From Catajapyx aquilonaris (lineage: Eukaryota), in contig KZ538650.1 of assembly GCA_000934665.2 (NCBI GenBank), positions 1 through 56,233 of the forward strand: DNA of 56,233 nt, read 5' to 3'. How positions within the stretch are numbered: position 1 is the first letter of the stretch; every line of letters starts with the position of its first letter. Of this stretch, positions 25,366-36,490 are shown piece by piece. Under the pieces are notes generated by a model. It saw only the letters and a program-made list of their open reading frames with translations, searched no databases and was not told the origin of the DNA. Position numbers and translations under genes: made by a program.

Positions 25366-27033
25366 GTAATGGTCAGAAATGCCCTTCTGCAGTTGACAAC
25401 TGGCATAAGGTACGCTGTGGCAACAGTTAAACTGAACATGCTACAAAATGTATAGGCTGAGATCGTCAAAATGTTCATTATTTAAATTTTATCAGTCTTC
25501 ATAAGGTGCACACAATAAAATTTATTGAGTAAATATGTTGAGAAAGAACTGGGTGTCTTTTCCTTTCCAATAATGTCAATAGGATATGTGCGTGTTACCC
25601 ATATTTTGAGATATAAATGATTAGCTTAGGGTCATTTCCATCAAGACATCCTGTATGTTGATAGTGGGTAAATGCAAGTCATTTGAGTCCCATAGGTTTG
25701 TATCAGTTGGAACAATTAATAAGCTAAGTTGCAAATAATATAACCATGACTTCTTGGTTTACCCATTTTATTTTGTCTTGCACTGTATATTTAAAATGTG
25801 ACAGTTACCATACAGTTCAGCTTAGAGAACATTTGTGTTGAAGCTATGCTACTATATTGTTCCCATCCATTCACATGCTTTATTAGAGTTTAGAAATGAA
25901 GGGTTCATTTGCAACCATATTATTTACCACAGGGTTGCATACACCATTGTACATTGAATTAACATTTAGTCTGTGCCAACTGTATTTTTTACGTTAATAT
26001 CTTCATGACATTCTTCTGGCTGGAAGAGTTCAAACCACCCCAAGCCCAAAATTGCGATTAAGTTGGCTGGCTCGTTTAAAACGTTAAAAAGATGGAGCTG
26101 CCCCCATCCTCCATGGTGGAAAATAATAATAGCATGACTGCAAAAAGCTCTTTGAGTCATTTTTGTTTCTAGGGGGTCTTAAAATGATTTGTGGATTACA
26201 GGGAAGTGTTGGTGTTTAATTACTCACAATTGCAATGGAGTTAGTCCATGTTTACATATGAGCGATTTGCATCATTCATATGTAAATAACGTGACCTTAA
26301 GGTTAAGGCTTGCAGTGAAACACAAATTGATCAGATAATAAATTGTTGTGCAGAGTGACCTGCCTCGAATTATGATAAATGATGGATGATTTGTTTGGGT
26401 TCTTTTGTGTCGGACAATGTAGACCTATCCTCACAAACTAAATGCACTTCTTTCTTTCTACCTATATTTTTTTTTTTACGATGCAATGAAGTAATATAGC
26501 CACAGGTCATTATTGGACTGTACATTATGTGATGCAGGGGGGACTCCCTATCAAGTGGATAATCTCGGAGCTGGAATTTCGTGTTCATGAACTATTTTTT
26601 ATACATCTTTTTTATAACCTGAAGGGATGTAATAAGTGTACAGAAACATTGTACCCTATTTGCCATTTGTAACTTTTTGATGCATGCTATGGTCAATGTG
26701 CCAATTTTGCAGTGATTTGTCTCATTGCCATGTATTAAAGTGTGGGACTATCATAAGACAGAGAGTTTTATTAGCTTTCCCCATCCTATTCTGTGCAGGT
26801 CCTTTCACCCCACTTGTTACAGTGGTGATAGTCAACCCAGTCTACTGTGCGGAAAATGAAACGACAATCTTACGTCATGGTCACACGACAATATATGAGT
26901 AAACAGTGTCAACAAAAAGAACATTGTTCACTCCTATTGTTGAATGAGAACAAAATGATGGCGTCACTGTCAGGTTAGGCTGGGTCGGCTATAGCGTCAG
27001 GTGCAACACTTCACAAGTAATTTGCATGCACTT

Positions 27034-27129
27034 CCCAAGTAGCACAGTGACATCCTATGGATATCCATCAGTGGATATTCACTGGATATGTAGATATCCA
27101 TAGGATGTCACAGGGCGTTTCGTGCTACT
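27034..27129. mobile_element. Small palindromic MITE remnant
   Basis: AGTAGCAC...GTGCTACT outer arms and GTGACATCCTATGGATATC / GATATCCATAGGATGTCAC inner arms. Confidence 0.55.
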
Positions 27130-27249
27130 ATCTATCGCTCACCAGCACATCTTCGACTGCCAGCACGAAAGTCTTTCCAGTTCACACTCAGCACACAAGT
27201 AGTTCTTCAGGCTGCAGACTTTAGAAGGAATGTTCGCCAGATCCCGCCG

Positions 27250-27338
27250 AAAATGGCCGCGCACCCACAGTGGCCAGCTGAGCCTCATCTGGCAACTGTG
27301 AGGGATGTGTGCGCATGCGTCGTTCCCTCCGCCATCTT
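27250..27338. promoter_or_regulatory. Housekeeping-type promoter motifs upstream of PYM1 (YY1/Pho-like and NRF1/Ewg-like)
   Basis: AAAATGGCCG (27250), TGCGCATGCG (27310) and CGCCATCTT (27330) in a CpG-rich stretch before ATG 27456. A similar AAGATGGCG lies at about 30820, upstream of SF3A1. Confidence 0.45.
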
Positions 27339-27455
27339 GACCTCCTCTCCTCTCCTCTCTCTCTCCTCCACCAGCCAGCCACCCCCTACAAAATCTGTCT
27401 ACCCTACCCACAGCTATGGAGCCTCCCCGTCCGTGACGTGATGGCGTGAATCGGC

Positions 27456-27514
27456 ATGGCCACTCAGAACTACGTCAAGGACGATTCAGGTTTGTACCCT
27501 GCTCGGCTCCGTCT

Positions 27515-27548
<34 letters not shown>

Positions 27549-30422
27549 AGCCGGTCCACCCCCACCTTGGTACCCCGTCCACCTGCACAAAACACACGCC
27601 GCTTTTTGTATCCCTAGCTAGGGCCAGCCAAACAAAAAGGATCGCACCTGACTTGGGGTGTTGGGCACTTCTTCTTCACCACGCTGAAGGTCGTACTGTA
27701 CGGTGGGTTGGAAGGGCAGGAAAAAAAAGGGGGAATAAGAACTGAGCAGTTGAATCAATAAAAGTTATACAATCATGTGCACACCGCAATGTTGATTTGC
27801 AGTAGCTTATGGATGATGCATTGTTCTGTGCTAAGGATGTGCTTTTTGTTGTGAATTATTTTGTGCTTATTAATCGAAGGGTGAATAAGCCAGATATGAG
27901 TAATGTATAAAGTGAAATGCGGCTGGATAGGTGCTGCGATTGGCTCTTTATGCTTAATTTGGTGGTAATAAAGTGGATGCACTAATCTGTATATATTTAC
28001 ATTTCACTTGTTTAATGGTTTTGGTTAACATTTTTTTCTAAGCGTTATGTTTCTTTTTTGTCTTTAGTAGATGGAGAGCCAAGATCACATTTTCATCTTG
28101 ATCTAATATTTTTTCACATTTTAATTTAATTTTAGCACCACCAATTGACTTGATGTAACTTTTGACTTGCAGTTGCGCAATTATTGAAAAGCATTACAGT
28201 TGACACATTGATCTCTGACTGCAAGGCGTATGTTACACCAAGTCGACGTTTCACGCATGAATTTTTCTGACTTGATTGTACAGAATATGCAGTGTGATGC
28301 ATGGCCCTTACTGTTGCCTTTATTTATTTATTTTATTTTTTCCCCTGCCTTCCTTATGCCTGCAGGGTTGTAAGGCAGGGGGAATAGATTGCATGTGGGG
28401 CTTGCTGTCGACAGCTACTGCAAGTTGTTGTGTGTGTGAGTGTTGAGAAACCATTCATCAAGTTTGCCTGCTGAGCACACAACTCGCATCGCAAAATGCA
28501 GGCAGAGGATCCAGGTGAGCTAATGTCGATGAAGAGGAGTATTACTGAATGCAATGTCTTAAGGAAATTTGTCCAGTGGCATTACATCATTCTCACTTGA
28601 TTATTATGAAGTTGCACTTGCCAACGTCTATTTGGCACTGAAAATGTAATTGTCTCATGCAAGGCTGGGGACATATCATTGCTCTTAATTTAATTAAGTC
28701 ATTAAGACTCTGCCTGTAATCACTTTCTATGGCATGGACCTTCGAAACTACTCGTGAAAACTGCATCATGTCCAGCATTAGAAATGTTCAGTTGCTTGAG
28801 CGTTTTGTTGATATTTTGCATTAATTTCTGCTTCTAATTTTACAAATCAAGTTGATGTAATGGTCTTGAAGGGTTTGGCCATTTGGCATGTTGGCACATA
28901 AAAACAAGAAGAAACTTCCATGATTCAAATTATGTGATCAGCCAAGAGATTGTCGATGCCATTAAAAATTTGTCTTCGGACATTTTCCACTTTTCCTGCT
29001 GAAACTGACCACATATTTGGAATGTGTCGTTTTTATATACTTTTTGTAGTCCAACTTAATAAATGATTGAACCCTGTAAGAGGCTGCCTTGGGACATCTG
29101 TCATGCATATATTATGTTGTGTGCCTTGGGTCTTCTATAGGGACCTTGACTTCATTCTACTTTTTATCGCATTTCAGGAGCCACCTTCATCCCTGCGACC
29201 CAGCGTCCTGATGGCACCTGGCGAAAGCCACGCAAGGTCAAGGACGGTTATGTCCCACCAGAGGAAGTGCCTCTGTGAGCAGGCTTTAAATCTTCATCTT
29301 TCATTAGCAAGGTTTGCCAATCTTGTTTATTGTACTGTCACTTCACGTCTTTACAGGTACGAGAGCAAAGGCAAGCAATGGGCCAAAAACCAGCCAAAAC
29401 TACCGGTGGGCATGAATTTTGTGGAGAACCCAGTGGTAACCCTCCCAAAGATTGAGAAGCCAAAGCCTCTGTATGTCATCCCAGGATTGCTTGTGGAGGA
29501 AGCGGAGCCAACTAACAAAGGTGAACATCTCGTTCACATCCAGCAATTTTAGAGCCAATGCACGGTCCTTAGCAAATTTAACAAATGTTTAATCCACTTA
29601 TTCAGGATTTACTGTTCATCACATGGCCAGCCATTAAGCCGCATTTACATGTGAGCAATTTGATGAGCGAAGTCTTTGCCGAGGGATAACATCACTGAGC
29701 AACCCAAGTAACCAATATTGTTTGAGGTGAAAGTAACAATCAATTTTCGCCTCAAACAATACTGATTACTCGGGTTACTCAGTGATGTTATCGCTCGTCA
29801 AATCGCTCACATGTAAACGCGGCTTTAGTAAAGAAGTTGGTGTAAATATTCGCAACATAGTGTGTGCATTGTTTGCATGGTGTGGACGTAACTTCCTATT
29901 AATGGGTGCTATCATATTCTCATGTGGATGCATTACTTTTTGTTTATTCCAGCTGAGCTGGACAGCAAGAAGAAAAAGAAGAAGAAGAAGAAGGGGAAAG
30001 GCATCGCTGACGGTCCCGTTATCAACAATGTGTCTGAAAAGCTGTCCAACACCCAGCTGAGCGGCCAGAAGTCTCACAACGAGGGCTCCAACGTGGGAGG
30101 TGGGGCAGATCCGGAGGATGACGCCACGAAAGGCAGCAGCGGGACTGGTGGGCAGGGCGGTGGTGGAGGTGCAGGCCAGCAGCACCATAACGCCCACAAT
30201 CAGCACCACCCACCTGCTGCTCCTCTTACGGAGCTGGAGATGATGGAGAAGAAACTTCGCAAGCTCAAGGATAAGTTGAGGGACATTGAGGGTCTTGAGA
30301 AGAAAATCGAGACCGGAGAGCTGAAGAACCCGGACAAGAAGCAGCTGGAGAAGATCCAGAGGAAAACCCAGATCCTCTCCGAGATCGAGGACCTCGTCAT
30401 CGAGATCGAGCTTGCCGACTAA
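27456..30422 (+). CDS. PYM1: Partner of Y14 and Mago (EJC disassembly factor, wibg)
   Basis: Exons 27456-27489, 29178-29274, 29357-29520, 29953-30422. N-terminal [36 protein letters not shown] motif and C-terminal [20 protein letters not shown]...QLEKIQRK coiled coil. Confidence 0.93.
29637..29824. mobile_element. PIF/Harbinger-like fold-back MITE in PYM1 intron 3
   Basis: AGCCGCATTTACATGTGAGC ... GCTCACATGTAAACGCGGCT, palindromic along almost its whole length, with TTA duplicated on both sides. Confidence 0.8.
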
Positions 30423-31095
30423 ACCTTAGGGAGAAAAAAATAATAATAATATAATTATCATCACAGCCTCACAACCCACCCAGTCTGTAATTCCTTTTAT
30501 GTACCCTCTTTTCGTAATATTTGTTTGGTACACATGATTTTTTTGGCCACTAGTACTGGAAGATGTTTGAAAAAGATGGAAGTATTGACCAACCACCAGA
30601 GTTGATGAACCAAGGGGGGAAAAAAATAAAAAAGTCTTTTTGTTAGAATTTTACCATGCCTTTTTCTAGTACTTATATTTTGCAGGTTTATGCGCCGTTG
30701 TTATATTCCATGAAATTTGTAACATTTTTTTAAGTTGGAAACTTTGGAATGGGAGCCACTGGTGTCCACCTAGCGGAGAGTTTGCCAACTAATCTTACCG
30801 AACGCTTCATGTTCGATTCAAGATGGCGTCGATCTCTCGCTGACTTTGGTCCACAGTTCGTCGAACCGGATTCTTCTCGTTGTCTGCGTCAAGTTTTGTG
30901 CCGATTCCTAGTGGAAACGACGCCTGGGGGAGACCTGCGTACTGCTGTATCCTTGAAGCAGGGTATACAGCACACGTTACAGGTCTGGTGTAATGTGCAT
31001 GTTACGAAAAGAAAGAATGGGAAGCCGGCACTTCCTGATAGTCCACTCTCATTCGTGTTGAGCTCATTATTACTGGCTTTTCTAATGTTGCAGAT

Positions 31096-34000
31096 ATGCC
31101 GGCAGCAGCGGAGACATTACCGGTGGCTGGGGAAGAGAAAGAAGCTCCGCCCCAGGCACAGACAGCCAAGCCGATTGTGGGCATTATTTATCCTCCGCCA
31201 GAAGTGAGGAGTATCCTTTGGCCTGAAAATGAAATGACCTGGTCTAACTAGATGATGATGGCAAGTTGCAAATAATGTGACGCACATAGCATTGATTGCA
31301 TCTTGTCATGATCATCTAGTTCAACAGGTTCTGTGTCCCAGCAGAAAATAACTCGGTTAGAAAACCTTAATAATGTTTTTTCAGATATTGTTGACAAAAC
31401 TGCAAGCTTTGTTGCCAGAAATGGCCCGGAGTTTGAGGCTAGGATTCGTCAGAATGAGTTGAACAATCCGAAGTTCAACTTTTTGAATCCTGGCGATCCC
31501 TACCATGCGTATTATCAGCACAAAGTCAAGGAATTTAAGGAAGGGAAGGGTAAGTCGTGGATGAATGTCGTGTGTGTAGTGCAGGGTTGATCCAGAATCA
31601 CTATTGTCTCGTTGTGATAGCATTTGAAGGAGGTTTGGAAAGGGAGTTGTCTGCAAATAATAAGTTAGTAAAGTCTCTGATAGGTTTTTATATGTTGCAC
31701 TTTGTTTCACAGCACAAGATACCATTTCCCTTTCCATACAACAGTCGAAGTTGCCAACAGCACAGCAACGCCAGCAAGATTTTTTGAAACAAGTAGAGCA
31801 GCCCTTTGTGCTGAAAGACCCACCTCTTGAGTTTGAGTTTATTGCAGATCCACCATCTATCTCTGCCTTTGACTTGTAAGTATCCAGCATAGTACTTTTT
31901 ATTTCCTTCTCAGATTTGCCGTCACACCAACATATTTGATTTCTTTCCCCTTAGGGATGTTGTGAAACTGACAGCACAATTTGTGGCTCGCAACGGACGC
32001 CAATTCCTGACTAACCTGATGACCCGTGAGCAGCGTAACTACCAATTTGACTTCCTCCGCCCCCAACACTCTCTCTTCCAATATTTCACCAAACTACTTG
32101 AGCAGTACACGAAAGTACTCATCCCTCCCAAAGACCTGATGAGAAAATTAAAGGAAGAGAGTCAGAACATGAACATTGCTTTGGACCAGGTCAAATACAG
32201 AGCGGAGTGGATCAAGCATGAGGAAATACAGAAGAGGAAAGAAGAGGAGGAAGCAGAGAAAGAACGAGGTAAGATTTGCATCGGCTATTATCCTAACCCA
32301 GCGTGTTATGAGAGATACTTTATGATCATTCTTAAACCTGCAATAGTAGGTGTCTGCACCGTGCATTTTTAAACCAGAGTTGCTTTTGTTGTACATTGCT
32401 GATAATGATATATTTCTTCTTTCGCAGTTGCATATGCACAAATTGACTGGCATGATTTCGTGGTGGTAGAGACAGTGGACTACCAATCATACGAACAGGG
32501 CCACTTTCCTCCGCCTACAACACCTGATGAAGTGGGCGCCCGTGTCCTACTTCAAGAACGGTTAGAGGAAGGGGATGAAGTAGAAATGCAGATCGAGAGT
32601 GACGAAGAAGTTGACTTTGCACAGGAAACTAAGGATGACACGCAGGTCAGTGATTTCTTGCATGGTTTTCATGTGTATTGGTTTACTTCTGTTATAAACT
32701 TGGGGTGGAATTTAGAACGCATTTTTACTTGACAACAAAATAACACTGTTTTAAAGTGTTGATAAAATTGTATTCACAGTCCATGGTCACTTTAACTTGA
32801 TTATTTTATTTTCACATAATGGGTTATGTATACATGTTGCTATTTCAACAGGTGCAAGACATGGAAGAGGAATCTAGTGAGGAGGAAGATGACAGGCCAG
32901 ATCAGTCTCAGCAATCTGGTCAAGGCAGAGATGAGTCCACAGAAACTACTTCCCCATCGAAGGATGCCAACCAGCCATCCCTCATGATGCCACTGGCTGA
33001 CAAGGTCATCATCAAAAAGGGATATGATCCAAAAGCAGGTAAGGTATTTCTGCGCTAGTTGTCATGCTGTTTATGCTGAACTTCCTTTTCTCTTTTTTTT
33101 ATTTCCAGCAACTCGTACTCAACGAGGTCCTGCACCAGATGAGTATTTGATTTCACTGATCACTGGGGAGAAGATTCCGGCTAGCAAGGTTGAAGAACAT
33201 ATGCGCATTGGTCTTCTTGATCCTCGCTGGGTGGAGCAGAGAGACAGGCAGATGCAGGAGAAGCTCAACCAGGAGTCTGTCTATGCACCAGGTCAGTTAA
33301 TACATTCAGTGGCCACTAGGAATGAGATTATTAATCATTTGAAAATAGCTACTACTGTGTTTTGACTTGATAAATGTTGTGAAATAATAGAGAAAAAGTG
33401 GCATTGTGGGAAAACTTTGCATGAAAATGCTGCTCATTATTTTTTTAAACTAAAGTCTTAGGCTGGGTTCACACTAGGCGTTTTTGTCGCGCGACAAAAA
33501 CGCCGCGACAAGTCGCTCAAAACAGAACACATGCAAACTTATGGGGCATGACACACCACGACTTCTTTCTTGCTTGGTCGTCGCAAAACGCAGCATGCTG
33601 CGTTTTTGCTGCCGCGACAAAAACGCCGCGACAAAGTCGCTGAAAACTGAACACATGGTAATCAGTTGGGGCAGACACACCTGGCGACAAAGTCGCGTGA
33701 AAAGTGTTTAATTTTGACTATTGTGGAACGGTAGTTGCTAAGGGTCAGGTTGGCAACGCTGCTCGGGTTGCATCAGTAGGGGAAGCAAAACGCGCGACAA
33801 AAACGCCTAGTGTGAACCTCGTGAGGCGTCAGCGACGAAAACGCGGCAACAAAGTCGCAGGCGACAAAAACGCCTAGTGTGAACCCAGCCTTACATCTCA
33901 TTGAATGCTTTTATATTTTCTTACACAGGATCTGCTATTGAGGCCAGCCTGAAACGCCTGGCTGAAAGACGTACTGACATCTTTGGTGTGGGTGACGAAG

Positions 34001-35953
34001 AGACAGCCATTGGTAAAAAGATTGGTGAAGAGGACAAGCGCAAGGAAGAGAAGGTGGGTAATTGTGGCTCTTGTCTGAAGCAGTGTATGTCTTGACCATT
34101 GCAATGGCCAACAGCTGAGAGAAATTATATTTGTTGTTTTGATGAACTCTATCAGGAGCTCTTACAAGGTACCCACGTACAAGTTTTCTTGCATACGAGG
34201 AGCCAACTGCGCATGCCCGGATACGAGGAACGAGGAAAAGTTGAAAATTTGCAACTTTGATCCCCTTTTTGAGGGACAAGAGGGGCCCTGAGGCGACAAA
34301 GAGTCCGTCTCGGCGTACAAGATTTCTCGCGTAAGAGGACTCGCATACGAGGAACTTGCACGTCGATACCGGCCTTAAACCAGTGATCTCTCAACTACAT
34401 CAGTGATGTGCAGTAGAGTACAGCAAATCCACTACTAACATGTGGTTTAATTGACCTTTCAGGTGACCTGGGATGGACACACATCAAGTGTGGAGGCTGC
34501 AACCCGGGCAGCCCGTGCCAACATCACCCTGGAGGACCAAATCCACCAGATCCACAAGGTGAAGGGCTTGCTTCCAGATGAGGAGAAAGAGAAGATTGGT
34601 CCTAAGCCAAACCCCAGCCGGTCTGGGGGAAACATGCTCACCACTTCTTCAGTGTCCACCTCCACGACTACCCACCACCACCACCAGCAAACAATGAAGG
34701 CAACCACCTCAACATCTGGCATGTCCAAGGCCATGGGCTCTCAGGGAGTGACGATCAAGGCAGCTCCTGTTCCACAGGCTATCCCACCCAAACCAACCAT
34801 CTCCGCTCCTCCTGTCCCAGCTCCACCTGTGGGTCCTCCAACCATGACCACACTAGGGGGCCCTGGGATGCACCCAATGGCCGGCATGCCCCCGGGAGGA
34901 CTCATGGCTCCCCAGCCTGGGATGATGATGGTGCCACCTATGCCCACACATCTCAGGCCACCTCCCATGATGGGTGAGTGTTCACTTCCAATATTTTTTT
35001 ACACCCTGCTGCAGGTGTGTTGGAATAGCCCGTTCTCATAACCAAAGGCAGGCCATTTTCTATCCATTGCCACACCTGTTTGCATCCAGAAGCAATATTG
35101 TTGTCTGATGTGTTTTTGCAACAACTACTGAGTTTCCAGATAAAAATAGGCACAGGAATGGGTGAAAGTTTCCTGCCAACAGATATGAGAATAGACCATA
35201 ATAGTCCTGTAGAAAATATTTCAAGTTCATAATCTTTTCTGCCATAACTTTGAACAGCATTTCCTGTGGCTGCTCCATCTGCCCCACCTGTTGGGAACTT
35301 TATGCCAGGTCCTCCAAATCCTGGTCAGATGCCACCTCCTCAACAGGCACCAGTGGTGAGTAAATGTCATCGTGTCTGCACGTGTATTGCAAGCTAACAT
35401 GATTCTCTCTCTTACTTTAGATGGTTTCGCATCTTGGAGAGGCTTTGGATGATGAACCACCAAGCAAGAAGCAGAGGACAGAGGAGAACTTGATGCCTGA
35501 AGGAGAGTTCTTGTCTAAGCATCATGTAAGTTACATTTTCACCTTCATGCTGGTAGAATAATTTGGTACAAGCCATTCACATCTTTCATATCAATTGCAG
35601 AGCCCAGTCACATTCAAGGTCAGTGTGCCCCAGGGTAGCGAGAAGCCAGACTGGAAGCTGAATGGACAGATGATAACTCTTACATTGCCCCTGACCGATT
35701 CAGTGTCTGTTATCAAAGCAAAGATCCATGAGGAGACGGGGATGCCACCTGGGAAGCAGAAGCTGCAGTGGGAGGTAAGGGGGAAGCCAACCAGACATTA
35801 TCATGCTCTTTCATAGTATTGTACTGATCAATCTCTCTCACTTTGTTACAGGGCCTCTTCTTCAAGGACTCAAATTCTTTGGCTTACTACAACATTTCAC
35901 ATGGAGGAATGGTACAGTTGCAGGTTAAGGAGCGTGGAGGAAGGAAGAAGTAA
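31096..35953 (+). CDS. SF3A1: Splicing factor 3A subunit 1 (Prp21/SF3a120)
   Basis: Exons 31096-31210, 31385-31549, 31713-31875, 31955-32268, 32428-32645, 32852-33038, 33109-33291, 33929-34053, 34463-34973, 35258-35355, 35421-35525, 35601-35774, 35852-35953. Contains GIIYPPPEVRNIVDKTASFVARNG (SURP1), VKLTAQFVARNGRQFL (SURP2), IDWHDFVVVETV, HMRIGLLDPRW, LAERRTDIFG, a Pro-rich region and a C-terminal ubiquitin-like domain ending KERGGRKK. Confidence 0.96.
31211..31384 (+). other. U12-type (minor spliceosome) GT-AG intron in SF3A1
   Basis: 5' site GTATCCTTT; branch-point-like ACCTTAAT at 31364-31371 close to the AG; the reading frame joins correctly (VR|NIVDK). Confidence 0.88.
33461..33890. 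mobile_element. PIF/Harbinger-like MITE in SF3A1 intron 7
   Basis: Perfect TIR GGCTGGGTTCACACTAGGCGTTTTTGTCGC, TTA duplication on both sides, internal repeats of GCGACAAAAACGCC. Confidence 0.88.
34166..34374. mobile_element. Degenerate Harbinger-like MITE in SF3A1 intron 8
   Basis: The right end CTCGCATACGAGGAACTTGCACGTCGATACCGGCC|TTA imperfectly mirrors the left GGTACCCACGTACAAGTTTTCTTGCATACGAG. Confidence 0.45.
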
Positions 35954-36490
35954 TTGTAATATTTTAAAGTGATATGTCTCTTGAGCAAATTGACTCCTGA
36001 AGTAGGAAAATCATGTGGGAAATTTATTTACATGTGGAAGCGTATTGTCTACATTAAATTGTAAGATCTCAAATGTGTTGTCATTTGCATGAGTTTCTAA
36101 ATCTGCATGTTAAGTACATTTCCTTTATCTAGTAGAATTAGGTTGGAAATCATATGGAAAAAATTTCACCTTTCTGGATGCCTAATTTGGTAAGGTGTGA
36201 AGTGCAACTTACTTGATAGTACAGCTGATAGAATTTTCTTGCAATGGTACTGGCTTTCAAAAACAGGTGCAGCAGTCATGGTATAACGTAGACTCCTTGG
36301 AGAAGGAAGAGGGCAGACTTGGTGTGGGTTCATTTACAAATAATATTCATTTTACTGCACTAATGGAATATATTTATGACTACAAATCTACAAAAATATT
36401 ACATGTCCAATATATCAAAAAGTATGTAAACGTTCTCTTAATAATACATTTTGGTCCCAGATGTGCGATAGTAAATGTCAGACGTATGAC

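Noticed and set aside
29775..30400. Antisense ORFs over PYM1 (also over BTB 20639-21025 and SF3A1 34459-34968)
   Set aside because: Expected shadow ORFs opposite GC-rich coding exons.
33461..33890. CRISPR-like array of GCGACAAAAACGCC repeats
   Set aside because: Irregular spacing and mixed orientation, bounded by TIRs and a TTA duplication in a eukaryotic intron: a MITE.
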